Below, in pieces: positions 27,838-37,064 of a stretch of 64,000 nt of DNA (its first letter is position 1; the number at the start of each line of letters is the position of its first letter). Under the pieces are notes generated by a model that saw nothing but the letters and a program-made list of their open reading frames with translations, made no database searches and was not told the origin of the DNA. Source of the stretch: an uncultured Vampirovibrionales bacterium (GTDB lineage: Bacteria; Cyanobacteriota; Vampirovibrionia; Vampirovibrionales; Vampirovibrionaceae). The translations under genes were made by a program, and so were the position numbers. The stretch is from contig CAYMIG010000006.1 of assembly GCA_964390635.1 (NCBI GenBank), positions 108,995 to 172,994 of the forward strand, given 5' to 3'.

Positions 27838-28284
27838 TTATACCGCCTTGCTGAATTGCAGAACCTTGCTGCTTTGCTCCAGATCGTATGCTTCCAGGGC
27901 CGGCAGCTCTTCGTAGAGCTCGCCCAGGATGAACTCGGCCACCCAGCGGAGACGCGGGCGGGCGGCGTTGCGCACGTAAAATTCCTTGATTTCCTCGACC
28001 GCCGGCTTGCCGATGCGAATCAGCGCCATCGCGCACACGGATTTGACGGTCTTGTTGGCCGACTTCAGCCCCTGCACCAGGTAGGGCACGGCGGGGGTGC
28101 CAATGCGGGTCAGCAGGTTCTCGGCCTTGTTGGCGTTCACCTTGTCGGCGTCTTCCAGCGACTCAATCAGAAACTCAATCAGCTCGTGGAGTGAAACGGT
28201 CTGGTTTTCACGGTTGAAGCTGAAATCCTTGTTCCAGATCAGGTGGAACTTGATGTTGTCGAGACTCAGGGGTGACGATGTCAT
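27838..28284 (-). CDS. HEAT-repeat (PBS-lyase-like) protein
   Basis: Tandem HEAT-like units GTPAVPYLVQGLKSANKTVKSVCAMALIRIGKPAV. Confidence 0.7.
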   Translation of the reverse strand: MTSSPLSLDNIKFHLIWNKDFSFNRENQTVSLHELIEFLIESLEDADKVNANKAENLLTRIGTPAVPYLVQGLKSANKTVKSVCAMALIRIGKPAVEEIKEFYVRNAARPRLRWVAEFILGELYEELPALEAYDLEQSSKVLQFSKAV

Positions 28285-28626
28285 TGATCTTAACTCTCCA
28301 CGTCGTCGAGCTGATTTGATTACCTAAACTTATACTTGATTTTTGGAGGGGGGGCAATTTGCCCAATGCGTGCCAGCGTACCCAAAAAGCGCCTGAAAAA
28401 ACATTTTCTTTAACTCGTTTTTTAAGAAAATGATCAGCTTTCGGCCCGGGGTAGGCGAAAATGCATTGATATACGGCGGATTAAGCCTTTTTCGCATGGC
28501 CCCCGATTGTTAAAGATCGCCCGCCGTCTTTATCTTCTCCGCCCAAAAAACTAACCTCTCCTTAATCGATTTTTTAGAGGTTCTTTATATGTTCTTAATC
28601 TGAAAGCCCGTCCATCCACAGGACAA

Positions 28627-29496
28627 TCAAGACAGCAGCAGGGTAACGGCGTCCCCCGGTTTGGCCCCGGTTACATGGGCGGCGCTGGCCTGGCACTTGC
28701 TGATTTCCAAGGTGCCTCCGCTGGAGGGGATGACAAACAGGGGGGCATCCTCAAAGCCGCCCCCTTCGGTGTAAGAGAGGGCCAGGCGGCTGTGGAAGGG
28801 TTCCGCCGTGCCCAGGCCTACCCGCAGGTTTTGCCCGGGGGTCAGCCAGGATGAGGGAATGTTGGTGATCAGGTTTCCGAAAATATCGCTGTGCACAATT
28901 TGTCCCACCAGGGCGGTGCCGTCCGGGCCCGGACGGCGGGTGGGCTCATGCCAGTCCAGCATCTGGAACTCCCGGGTCACCGGGCCAATCAGGTTCAGGA
29001 AGTCGTCCAGGTAGCGCCGGCTGAGGGCGTTGGCCAGATAGGCCGCGGTGGGCGCATAGATATCCCGCCCGTGGAAGGTCTGGCTGGCCGGGTTGAAGAT
29101 GGACTGGTTCTCAATGCGGCGCACGTGCAGGTTTTTGCCGGCCCGCTGAAACACCGGGGTCAGCAGGCCGTTATCGGGGGCCACGAAGAACTGCCATCGA
29201 TCCGGCCAGATGGCCAGCAACTTGGCTTGCGCCGGATGGCCAACATTCGGGTCCACCACGCAGCAAAACACACTGTCGCGTGGAAAGTAAGGCACCGCGC
29301 TGCCCAGCACCCAGGCAGCATGCCAGATGTTGTGCCGATCGACGTCGTGCGAGAGATCCACAATGGAGACCGGCCCCTTCAAAATGCCGTGGATGACCCC
29401 CTTCATCACCCCCACAAAGCCGTCCCGCTGGCCAAAGTCGGTTAGCAGGGCAATGAGGGGCGTTTGTAACGAAGTGCCGAGTTGCGCAACATTCAT
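28627..29496 (-). CDS. SAM hydroxide adenosyltransferase / SAM hydrolase (DUF62 family)
   Basis: IALLTDFGQRDGFVGVMKGVI N-terminus and FHGRDIYAP motif typical of this family. Confidence 0.85.
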   Translation of the reverse strand: MNVAQLGTSLQTPLIALLTDFGQRDGFVGVMKGVIHGILKGPVSIVDLSHDVDRHNIWHAAWVLGSAVPYFPRDSVFCCVVDPNVGHPAQAKLLAIWPDRWQFFVAPDNGLLTPVFQRAGKNLHVRRIENQSIFNPASQTFHGRDIYAPTAAYLANALSRRYLDDFLNLIGPVTREFQMLDWHEPTRRPGPDGTALVGQIVHSDIFGNLITNIPSSWLTPGQNLRVGLGTAEPFHSRLALSYTEGGGFEDAPLFVIPSSGGTLEISKCQASAAHVTGAKPGDAVTLLLS

Positions 29497-29601
29497 TTGA
29501 AACGGGCCCTTAAACGGTCTAAGATGGGGACTATCATAGAGGAAAAGCCCGCCGCTTCAAACCGGCAGTCCCGGGCGGGCGGGAGAGGTTAGACCCACCC
29601 C

Positions 29602-30570
29602 GTGAGCATCTCGCTGTACTACGGTGATGAGGAATACCTGCTGTCGCAGGAGGCCCGGCGCCTGCGACAATCCGTCATCAACCCCGAAATGGGCGGCCTG
29701 GGCTATAAGCTGCTGGAAAAGCCGGACATTGGCGAGGTGCTGGAGACCATTGGGGCGGTCACCTTCAACCTGGGCGGGAAAACCCTGATCGAAATCCGCG
29801 ATTTCGACTTCCTGCACAAGGCCGCCGACAGCAGCGCCGATGAAAAGCAGCTGGCCGAGCTGTGCGAGTTGCTGGCCCACCACGACGAAGGCAAGCATAT
29901 CTTCTTCTATAGCACCAAGGTGAACAAGACCGTGAAGTTCGCCAAGTGGCTGACTTCCGGCAAAAACGTGCCGCTGGATCTGAAAGAGTTCAAGCAGTTT
30001 CCCTTCTGGAAAACCGATGATGCCGTGCAGGCCGTGCTGCAGGAGTGCCGCAAGCAGGAAATCGCCATCCAGCCCCAGGCGGTGGCCATGCTGGTGGAAA
30101 ACCTGGGGGTGTCCATCCGCCCGGTGATGAGCGAGATTGAAAAACTGGCCGTCTTTGCCGGCAACCGCCCGGTGACCCCCGCCGATGTGCAGATCCTGTC
30201 CAGCCACAACGAAAACACCTTCCAGATGCTGGGCGACTGGCTGCATGACCGCGAGCGGGCGGAAGTCTTCGCCACGTTGGACGAATTGTTCCTGCGCCAG
30301 CACCCCATGCAGCTTTTTGGCCTGACCCAAAGCTGGCTGGGCGGCATCTTCCAGATGCGCTACTGGCAGCAAATGGGGTTTTCCGAGCAGGAAATCGCCG
30401 ATCGCACCAAAAAGCACCCCTTCAAGGTCAAAAAAGACCTGCAGGAGTTCGGGCGCATTCCCTTCCGCCGGCTGGAGCGGCTGAAGTCCATGGCCACCGA
30501 GCTGGAGTGGAAAATGAAAACCGGTGAGCTGGAAGGCCGTCTGGCCTTTGAAATGCTGATGGGAGCCTGA
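29602..30570 (+). CDS. holA: DNA polymerase III delta subunit
   Basis: MSISLYYGDEEYLLSQEARRL N-terminus characteristic of HolA; clamp-loader fold. Confidence 0.85.
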   Translation: MSISLYYGDEEYLLSQEARRLRQSVINPEMGGLGYKLLEKPDIGEVLETIGAVTFNLGGKTLIEIRDFDFLHKAADSSADEKQLAELCELLAHHDEGKHIFFYSTKVNKTVKFAKWLTSGKNVPLDLKEFKQFPFWKTDDAVQAVLQECRKQEIAIQPQAVAMLVENLGVSIRPVMSEIEKLAVFAGNRPVTPADVQILSSHNENTFQMLGDWLHDRERAEVFATLDELFLRQHPMQLFGLTQSWLGGIFQMRYWQQMGFSEQEIADRTKKHPFKVKKDLQEFGRIPFRRLERLKSMATELEWKMKTGELEGRLAFEMLMGA

Positions 30571-30574
30571 ACGC

Positions 30575-31600
30575 ATGCACGCCGTTGCCCAAGCCGAGCG
30601 CCCGCTGGCCCACCGCTTTTTCAAGGAAGCCCTGGAAAACCAACGCTTGGCGCATGCCTACGTGTTAAAAGGGCGCGCCTACGGGGAAATGTATCGCCTG
30701 GCCCTGTGCATTGCCCAGGTGCTGAACTGCCAGAACCCCCCGTCTGCCGGCGAGGCATGCGGCGAGTGCACCGACTGCAAGTGGATTCTGAACAACTCGC
30801 ACCCGGCGGTCACCACCCTTTCCCGGCTGACCTACCAGGTGTCGGAAACCGGCGAGGATCTCGACCCCGAGGCCCTGGAAAAGCTGGCCAAAAAGGCCAC
30901 CACCCCCACTCAAATCAAGACCGAGCAGATTGAGCGCCTGCTGGCCCAGCTGGGGCTGTCCTCCAAGCACAAGCGGGTCATTATTTTTACCGACGCCGAG
31001 GAATTGCCGGCCAGCATGCCGTCCGATGTGGTGGCCCCCTACGAATGGCGCGCCCTAAAGGCCAACGAGGACAAGAGCTTTCACATTCGTCCCCTGGAGC
31101 GCAAGCTGTTCAACGCGGCCTCGGCCAACCGCTTCCTGAAAACCCTGGAAGAACCGTTGCCCAACACCCTGTTTTTCTTTATTGCCGAAACCGAGGAGCA
31201 GTTGCTGGAAACCATCGTCTCCCGCTGCCAGGTGATCCCCTATGCCTCGGCCTGCACGGCGGCCTATGGGGCGGTGCCGGATGTTTACCAGGCCTGGTTG
31301 GAGGGATTTATCCTGGGCTTTCGCCGGGGCATGCCGGATGTGTACCAGGCCGCCGGCGAGTTTGAGCAGTTTTTCGTGGCCGAACAAGGCCTCAGCCTGG
31401 AGCAGGCGCTGGAGCTTTTCCAGCTGTACCTGCGTTCCCGCTTTTTGTACGGCACCCCGGATGCCGCCGCCTTTGCCCGCTACCGGGCCGCCCAGTTGCC
31501 CCTGGATGAGGCCATCCGCATGCTGCGGGCCAAAACCAACGAGGCCCAGGTGCTGCTGGCACTGTTTCTGAACCTGCGCGAGCCGCTGGCCATGCTCTAG
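30575..31600 (+). CDS. holB: DNA polymerase III delta-prime subunit
   Basis: HAYVLKGRAYGEMY degenerate Walker A plus Zn module CGECTDCKW typical of HolB. Confidence 0.85.
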   Translation: MHAVAQAERPLAHRFFKEALENQRLAHAYVLKGRAYGEMYRLALCIAQVLNCQNPPSAGEACGECTDCKWILNNSHPAVTTLSRLTYQVSETGEDLDPEALEKLAKKATTPTQIKTEQIERLLAQLGLSSKHKRVIIFTDAEELPASMPSDVVAPYEWRALKANEDKSFHIRPLERKLFNAASANRFLKTLEEPLPNTLFFFIAETEEQLLETIVSRCQVIPYASACTAAYGAVPDVYQAWLEGFILGFRRGMPDVYQAAGEFEQFFVAEQGLSLEQALELFQLYLRSRFLYGTPDAAAFARYRAAQLPLDEAIRMLRAKTNEAQVLLALFLNLREPLAML

Positions 31601-31837
31601 GCCGGTTCGCCCCTGCTTTTGCCGTTCCCGCGGGCCGGGCGGCCGGTTGTTTAAAAATCCTTCACAAAGCTGACACAAAAATCTGAATGTTTGTTTTTAT
31701 GCAAACACAGGGTGAGACCTAGGCTGGTAAACAACTTCAAAGAGAATGAACCCCGAAGAGGCTGGGTTAGACGGGGTTTTACTTAACGCTGGGTTGAACG
31801 ATCAGGGCACGATAGGGAACAATAAGGAGTACTGGGG

Positions 31838-32401
31838 ATGGAACGGAAACAGCAAAAGACTTCGATTATTCTGAAATACAACAAGCGCCGCTTTGACGGG
31901 GGCAGCGAGGTGGAGCAGATCCGCCAGATCGAATACAAGCAGGCGGTGGCTCAGCTGGACAAGCTGTACAATTCGCAACCGCAGCCCGAACTGGCGGGAA
32001 CCAGCGCGCTGGCCCCCCGGCTGAGCGCTCCCGCGGTGGCCCCGAGCCTGAACCCGGTGCTGCCGGCCAGCCAGCCCGTGGCCGAGCCGCTGCCCGAGCT
32101 GAACGAACTCAATCCGGTCAACGAACTGACCGCGCCGCCGCTGCCGGAGGAAACCCGCCACCAGAAACGCCTGAAGCGGGTGCAGGAAGCCCTGCTGATG
32201 GGGCCGCTGGAGCTGTGCGTGGGTATGGTCGGCATGCTGACCGCCCTGCTGGCCCTGCTGACCTTCAGCCGCATGAAAAACGAAAAGCTGGTGGGCCAAA
32301 GCAAAGCCATCTTCAAGGATTGCCTGAAGACCTTCAACAAGGGGCTTCTGGACACCGTCGCCGCACCGGTGAAAGCACTGAAAGCTGCGGTAAAACCTTA
32401 A
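31838..32401 (+). CDS. Hypothetical protein, Pro/Leu-rich with C-terminal hydrophobic helix
   Basis: No recognised domain; followed by a clear terminator. Confidence 0.45.
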   Translation: MERKQQKTSIILKYNKRRFDGGSEVEQIRQIEYKQAVAQLDKLYNSQPQPELAGTSALAPRLSAPAVAPSLNPVLPASQPVAEPLPELNELNPVNELTAPPLPEETRHQKRLKRVQEALLMGPLELCVGMVGMLTALLALLTFSRMKNEKLVGQSKAIFKDCLKTFNKGLLDTVAAPVKALKAAVKP

Positions 32402-32424
32402 TCGTTCCTGATCTCAGCACCTGC

Positions 32425-32461
32425 TATCACCCGTCTTGCCCAAGGCGGGTGATACGTTTTT
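32425..32461 (+). terminator. Rho-independent terminator
   Basis: tatcacccg-N12-cgggtgata followed by cgttttt. Confidence 0.7.
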
Positions 32462-32744
32462 AAGGGGCTGTTTTGGGTGTAAATGCTTTGGCAGTGCGGT
32501 GTTCTGGAATGAGTGCCAGGGAGGCCCTTGACAGGAGCCTTTTCTGCCTGGGCTCTGCGGGGGAAGCCCTCCCCTGTGGGAGGGGTGGCCTGCTGCTTGT
32601 TTTTTAAATTTTTCACCCCCCCGGGTGATGTATCGAGGTGGGATGGATTATATATTGAAAATATAAGAGAAGTTTGAGCAGTACGAACTGACAGATTTTC
32701 CTGAGTAGTCAAGTTGTGTAGTCCAATGTAAGAGGGATAGAAGC

Positions 32745-32960
32745 ATGATTAAACAATTCGTGGCGCTGCAAGTTTGGATGGCCTCCCGCAAGAAGCGCGA
32801 AAAAGGTCAGTCACTGGCTGAATACGGCCTGATTCTGGCCCTGGTGGCGGTGTTCTGTATCGCGGCCCTGCAATTGCTGGGCGGCAGCATCACCACCATG
32901 TTGAACAACCTGTCCGGAGCCATCAACCAGGTGGCCGCCGGCCCCGGGATGGGCGGCTAG
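32745..32960 (+). CDS. Flp/Fap-family prepilin (Tad pilus subunit), 71 aa
   Basis: Leader MIKQFVALQVWMASRKKREKG with cleavage motif G/QSLAEYGLILALVAV; aagaggg RBS; C-terminus ...AAGPGMGG. Confidence 0.8.
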   Translation: MIKQFVALQVWMASRKKREKGQSLAEYGLILALVAVFCIAALQLLGGSITTMLNNLSGAINQVAAGPGMGG

Positions 32961-32976
32961 ACCCCGATTTCCAGAA

Positions 32977-33008
32977 ACACCAGGCGGGTTCGCCCTGCCT
33001 GGTGTTTT
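32977..33008 (+). terminator. Rho-independent terminator between the two Flp genes
   Basis: acaccaggc-N10-gcctggtgt followed by tttt. Confidence 0.65.
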
Positions 33009-33036
33009 CGTGTCCGCGCCATCAGAGCCTGCTTGC

Positions 33037-33243
33037 ATGAAAACCCTTTCCCGCACCGTCCGCCATCGTTGCCCGGGGGTATCCCTGCCGGAATACGCCC
33101 TGATCCTGGCCTTGGTCACGGTCTTTTGCCTGGTGGCGCTCAGCTTTTTCGGTCAATCTTTCAGCAACTTCTTTTCAGCCGCCGCCAACGTGGTGACCAC
33201 CAACGTCAACCAGGCGGTGGGTTTTGGCATGGGCGGAGGCTGA
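33037..33243 (+). CDS. Flp/Fap-family prepilin, second copy, 68 aa
   Basis: MKTLSRTVRHRCPG/VSLPEYALILALVTV (ATG at 33037; ORF track starts earlier at 33010); C-terminus ...VGFGMGGG. Confidence 0.75.
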   Translation: MKTLSRTVRHRCPGVSLPEYALILALVTVFCLVALSFFGQSFSNFFSAAANVVTTNVNQAVGFGMGGG

Positions 33244-33346
33244 GCACCTGCGGGCCGGAGGCGCGTTATTTTGGGGGAAGCCATTTGTCTGCATCCGTTT
33301 GACAAGGGGTCCGCTTTGAAACTATGATGATTGCACCCAAACCCGT

Positions 33347-33431
33347 GTCGGGGTGGCGGAACCGGTAGACGCGCACGTTTGAGGGGCGTGTGGAGCAATC
33401 CGTGGGGGTTCAAGTCCCCCCCTCGACACCA
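33347..33431 (+). tRNA. tRNA-Leu (anticodon GAG), class II, CCA encoded
   Basis: Acceptor gtcgggg/cctcgac, anticodon loop ttgaggg, T-arm ggggg-ttcaagt-ccccc, 3' acca. Confidence 0.85.
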
Positions 33432-33473
33432 CTTTGGCCCAGGCAGGAACGTGGGGTGGGGCAAGCGCAGGCC

Positions 33474-33510
33474 AAAAAAAGACGACCGCATTGGAACGGG
33501 CCGTCTTTTT
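33474..33510 (+). terminator. Rho-independent terminator after tRNA-Leu
   Basis: A-run, gacgaccg...cgggccgtc hairpin, ttttt. Confidence 0.55.
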
Positions 33511-33534
33511 AAGTTGGGAATAGTGTTGTGGGCG

Positions 33535-33861
33535 CTAGTCCTTGGGGTTGCCTTGGCCAATCAGCAGCTTGTTCAGGGCAAAGGCGGCCACGTTGTTGCC
33601 ACTGGCGGCACCATTAATGGTGGTATGCGACACCTTGCCCTCGGCGTTCACCGTGCAGGTATAGGTGACCTGGGTGGTGGTGTGTGGACGGGGCGCGGTG
33701 AAAGTCAGCCCGCCATGGCGGCCAAAGGCAATCCCCGGATTCGTCTCGGTGCCATCTTTAATTTTGTCCAGTTTTGCCAGCGCCCGCTCATCCAGGTGGT
33801 CGGAACTTTTCCGGGCGCCAAACCGCGCGGCGGTCGCTGCAAAATAGGTGCTTCCAATCAT
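33535..33861 (-). CDS. Hypothetical small protein (108 aa)
   Basis: ORF convergent on the tRNA-Leu terminator; Thr/Gly-rich; no recognised domain. Confidence 0.4.
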   Translation of the reverse strand: MIGSTYFAATAARFGARKSSDHLDERALAKLDKIKDGTETNPGIAFGRHGGLTFTAPRPHTTTQVTYTCTVNAEGKVSHTTINGAASGNNVAAFALNKLLIGQGNPKD

Positions 33862-34073
33862 GGGAATCTCCTTGTCAGGGGCTAATCGAAGGTGAAGGAG
33901 GGTGATGGGATCTTGCCTGCCCGGGGGATGCCCCAGGGTGTCAGGGAAGACTTCCTGAAAAACGCGGCTGAAGCTTTCAAATTGATCCCCGCAAAGGCGT
34001 GTTTTCTCAATTAAAGCTTGGCCTGGTTTGGCCGACAGTTTCCATGAGAAGACGTTGGTAGGAAGCGCACGGT

Positions 34074-35165
34074 ATGTCCACAGCCCACCCGCAGGCCCCG
34101 GCCTCGCCCGCCGGCATCTGGTTTTTCAGCCCCTGGCTGGATATGCTTTGCCTGGGGGGCTTGTCCATTGCGGCCTTCGTGCCTTTCCTCTTGCTGGGCG
34201 TGACGGGGGATGCCTCCGATGCCCTCATCAAGCTGACCGTGGCCGGCAACGTGCTGGTGAATTACCCGCACTACGCCGCCACCTATTACCGGGTGTACCC
34301 CAGACCGGATGAAGTGCGTAAATACCGATTTGAGGCGATTGTGGCCCCCGTTATCCTGGCCATATTGTGTACCTTTGGGGTGATATACCACCAAACATGG
34401 CTCCCTTGGCTGGTTCTGGCGTATATCAGTTATTCGGGCTGGCATTATTCCGGCCAGGCCTTTGGGGTGGCCATGATTTTTGCGGGCAAATCCGGCTTGC
34501 GGCTGAACGGCTGGGCCCGACGGGCTCTGGTGTGGCCCATCTACCTGGCCCTGTTTTACGCCCTGGCCTGGATGCATACCCCCGGCCACAAGCCCATGGC
34601 CATGTTTGGCATTACCCTGCCCGTGCTGGGCTGTCCGCCGGTGCTGACCCAGGCGCTGTTTGTGCTGGTGTGCCTGTCGCTGGCAGGCTATGGAGGGCTC
34701 ACGCTATTTGCCCGCAAGGTGTGGGGCAGGCCGGTGCCCTTTGCGGTGCACATGATTCTGGCCGCCCATCTGGTGTGGTTTGCCTTCAGCAGCCACCATC
34801 CGGCGTTTTGGGTGGTGGTGCCCTTTTTTCATTGCCTGCAATACCTGGTGGTGACCGTTTATTGCGATTACAAGGAGTGGCTGAAATCCGACGGGGAAGC
34901 TGTATCGGCCATGGCGTACCTGCGGAGCCGACAGTTTGGTCGATATTATCGCACCCAGGCCCTGGTGGGAGCCGCCCTGTTTTTGGGTGTGCCCATCCTG
35001 CTGACCCTGGTCGGCGCCGGCAGCTTTGGCCTGATGAGCGCGGTGATGACCTGCTTCCTCAACCTGCACCATTTCATCCTGGACGGGGCTATCTGGAAGC
35101 TGCGCAAGCCTGAGGTTTCCCGGGCCCTGCACCTTGAAAACCCCGGCGAACAAGCTGCCGCCTGA
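34074..35165 (+). CDS. Polytopic His-rich integral membrane protein, unknown function
   Basis: About 9 predicted TM segments; conserved-looking His clusters NYPHYAATYYR, WHYSGQ, FHCLQY, NLHHF suggest a metal or heme site. Confidence 0.55.
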   Translation: MSTAHPQAPASPAGIWFFSPWLDMLCLGGLSIAAFVPFLLLGVTGDASDALIKLTVAGNVLVNYPHYAATYYRVYPRPDEVRKYRFEAIVAPVILAILCTFGVIYHQTWLPWLVLAYISYSGWHYSGQAFGVAMIFAGKSGLRLNGWARRALVWPIYLALFYALAWMHTPGHKPMAMFGITLPVLGCPPVLTQALFVLVCLSLAGYGGLTLFARKVWGRPVPFAVHMILAAHLVWFAFSSHHPAFWVVVPFFHCLQYLVVTVYCDYKEWLKSDGEAVSAMAYLRSRQFGRYYRTQALVGAALFLGVPILLTLVGAGSFGLMSAVMTCFLNLHHFILDGAIWKLRKPEVSRALHLENPGEQAAA

Positions 35166-35172
35166 GCTTTGC

Positions 35173-36969
35173 CTAGCCCGCCCCTGCTGCCCCGGCGGCC
35201 TGAATTTGTCGCACCGCCGCCCGGATTTTCATTTCCAGCAGTGTTTCCCCCAGCTCCGCCGAGGCCAGGCCGGGGTTGCCGCTGACCCCCAGGGTGGCGA
35301 AGGTTTTACTGTCCCCTTTTTGACGCAGGGCCTTGCGGATGCCTTCCGGGTAGACCCGCCATAGTTCGGAGGTGTCCCGCATGCCGGCATGCTCGCCAAT
35401 GTCGGCGGGCGACTTGCCCGAAAGCAGCAGGCGGGCGTTTTGCCCGTTCTTGTAGTAATAATCACCCACCTGCATCACCAGTACGCCGTCTTGGCGCCAT
35501 TCGCGGCTCAACTTCTCGGCTACTTTGGCCTGGGCGGCCTGGCTCCAGCCATGATCGCCCACAAAGCAGATTTTTTTGAACCCATGCTGTTTCAGGCTGC
35601 GGGCGGCGGCTTCCAGGATTGCTTCAAACGCGGGCTCCGGCAGGCTAATGCTGCCTGAAAAACGCATGTGGCTGCTGGGAGGCTCGATTTCGCCGGCGGG
35701 AGAATAGGGAATGACCGGGGCCACCAGCGTGTGGCCGTTCAGTTCGGCGATGCGGCGGGCGGTATAGCGCACCACATAGTTGTGCTTGCCCAGCACCATA
35801 TGGGGGCCGTTCTGCTCCAGGCCCCCGGTGGGCACAATCACCGTGGTATCGCCCTGGGCAATGCGCCCTTTAACCTCCGGCGAGGTCAGCTCCTCCATCA
35901 TCACGCTGCGGGGGTCGTATTTCACCACCGGCCCGGTGCACATCCAGGCCAGCCCGGCGGTAAACATCAGCAAAATCGCCACCGGCACCGGGTCAATCGT
36001 TTTCAGCTGGGCCCAAATCCTGGCGAAGGGCCTCAGGTACAGGGTGGCCACGGAGTGGTAGGCTTTGTGCTCCCCCTCCCGGTTCAGGCCGAATTCCAGG
36101 TGCTCCCGCCCCTGGGGCACGTACAGCGTGCCGAACATGCGGTCCCAGAAGGCAAAGATGAAGCCCATGTTCTTGTCGAAGTGGCGGGGATCGGTGCTGT
36201 GGTGAATCTGGTGCTGGGCGGGGCTGATGAACACCTGGTCGGCCACCGGCCCGTAATCCACCCAAATGTGGGAATGGCGCAGGTTGTAGCCCACAAAGTA
36301 GAAGGCAAACAAGAGCAGGTTCAGGTTGAATACCGAAATCATCCCGAAAGGCCCGGCCACCAGGGATTGAAAGATGCCATCCACCAGCCCGGTCACGGTC
36401 ATGCTGAAAGCCAGGGCCAGCAGGTCGTCAAAGGGATGCATGCGGTACACCGTGATGGGAGTCAGCACCTCGGCAGAGTGGTGGGCCTTGTGAAACTCCC
36501 ACATCCACGGAATGCGGTGCTGCAGATAGTGGGCGTAAAATACCGCAAAGTCCCCCACCAGGGCCAGGCACACGGTGTACAGCAGGCTCACGGCAATGGG
36601 GCTGGGGGCAAACACTTCCGGCACCTTCCACAGCAGGCACAAATCCTGCACCGCGCTGGAGATGACCGGCGAAATGGCGGCGGTCAGGGGAAAAATGACC
36701 AGAAACAGCACCAGGCTGTTGAGGATGAAATACTGATAGTCCACCCAGGCCGAGGGATGGCCATACACCGAGCCTGGAAAGGCATAGGAAAAAAATCCGC
36801 CCAGGCTGAGCGGCTTGGCCCGGGGCATGCGCAGGTAAGCCACCAGGGCAATCACCAGCGCCGAGCCCAGGTAAAGCCAGAAAATCCGCTCGCCTCCCAG
36901 CAGCGGAAACAGAAACGGCCTGAAAGCCGCCTCCACCAGGGTTTTTATGCCTTCCACGGTTTCAAGCAT
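35173..36969 (-). CDS. Fusion protein: N-terminal fatty-acid hydroxylase/sterol desaturase-family membrane domain plus C-terminal creatininase/creatinine-amidohydrolase-family domain
   Basis: His boxes HYLQHRIPWMWEFHKAHHSAE and HQIHHSTD in the N-terminal half (di-iron hydroxylase family). C-terminal half VIVPTGGLEQNGPHMVLGKHNYV...VGDHGW resembles the creatininase/MftE/ArfB fold. Confidence 0.7.
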   Translation of the reverse strand: MLETVEGIKTLVEAAFRPFLFPLLGGERIFWLYLGSALVIALVAYLRMPRAKPLSLGGFFSYAFPGSVYGHPSAWVDYQYFILNSLVLFLVIFPLTAAISPVISSAVQDLCLLWKVPEVFAPSPIAVSLLYTVCLALVGDFAVFYAHYLQHRIPWMWEFHKAHHSAEVLTPITVYRMHPFDDLLALAFSMTVTGLVDGIFQSLVAGPFGMISVFNLNLLLFAFYFVGYNLRHSHIWVDYGPVADQVFISPAQHQIHHSTDPRHFDKNMGFIFAFWDRMFGTLYVPQGREHLEFGLNREGEHKAYHSVATLYLRPFARIWAQLKTIDPVPVAILLMFTAGLAWMCTGPVVKYDPRSVMMEELTSPEVKGRIAQGDTTVIVPTGGLEQNGPHMVLGKHNYVVRYTARRIAELNGHTLVAPVIPYSPAGEIEPPSSHMRFSGSISLPEPAFEAILEAAARSLKQHGFKKICFVGDHGWSQAAQAKVAEKLSREWRQDGVLVMQVGDYYYKNGQNARLLLSGKSPADIGEHAGMRDTSELWRVYPEGIRKALRQKGDSKTFATLGVSGNPGLASAELGETLLEMKIRAAVRQIQAAGAAGAG

Positions 36970-37064
36970 CCAGCCGGGCCCGCCTGTTGCTTACGTTGCT
37001 CTGGGGTGCGATAACCCGATTCTACCGTTTTTTTGTGGCGGGCGCCTTCTGCATCCGGAGGATG

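Noticed and set aside
33153-33885. ORFs 33153..33560(-) and 33331..33885(+) spanning the tRNA-Leu(GAG) locus
   Set aside because: They run through a tRNA gene and its terminator and show GC-rich antisense-type composition.
35668-37014. 448-aa plus-strand ORF
   Set aside because: Antisense to the hydroxylase-creatininase fusion gene.
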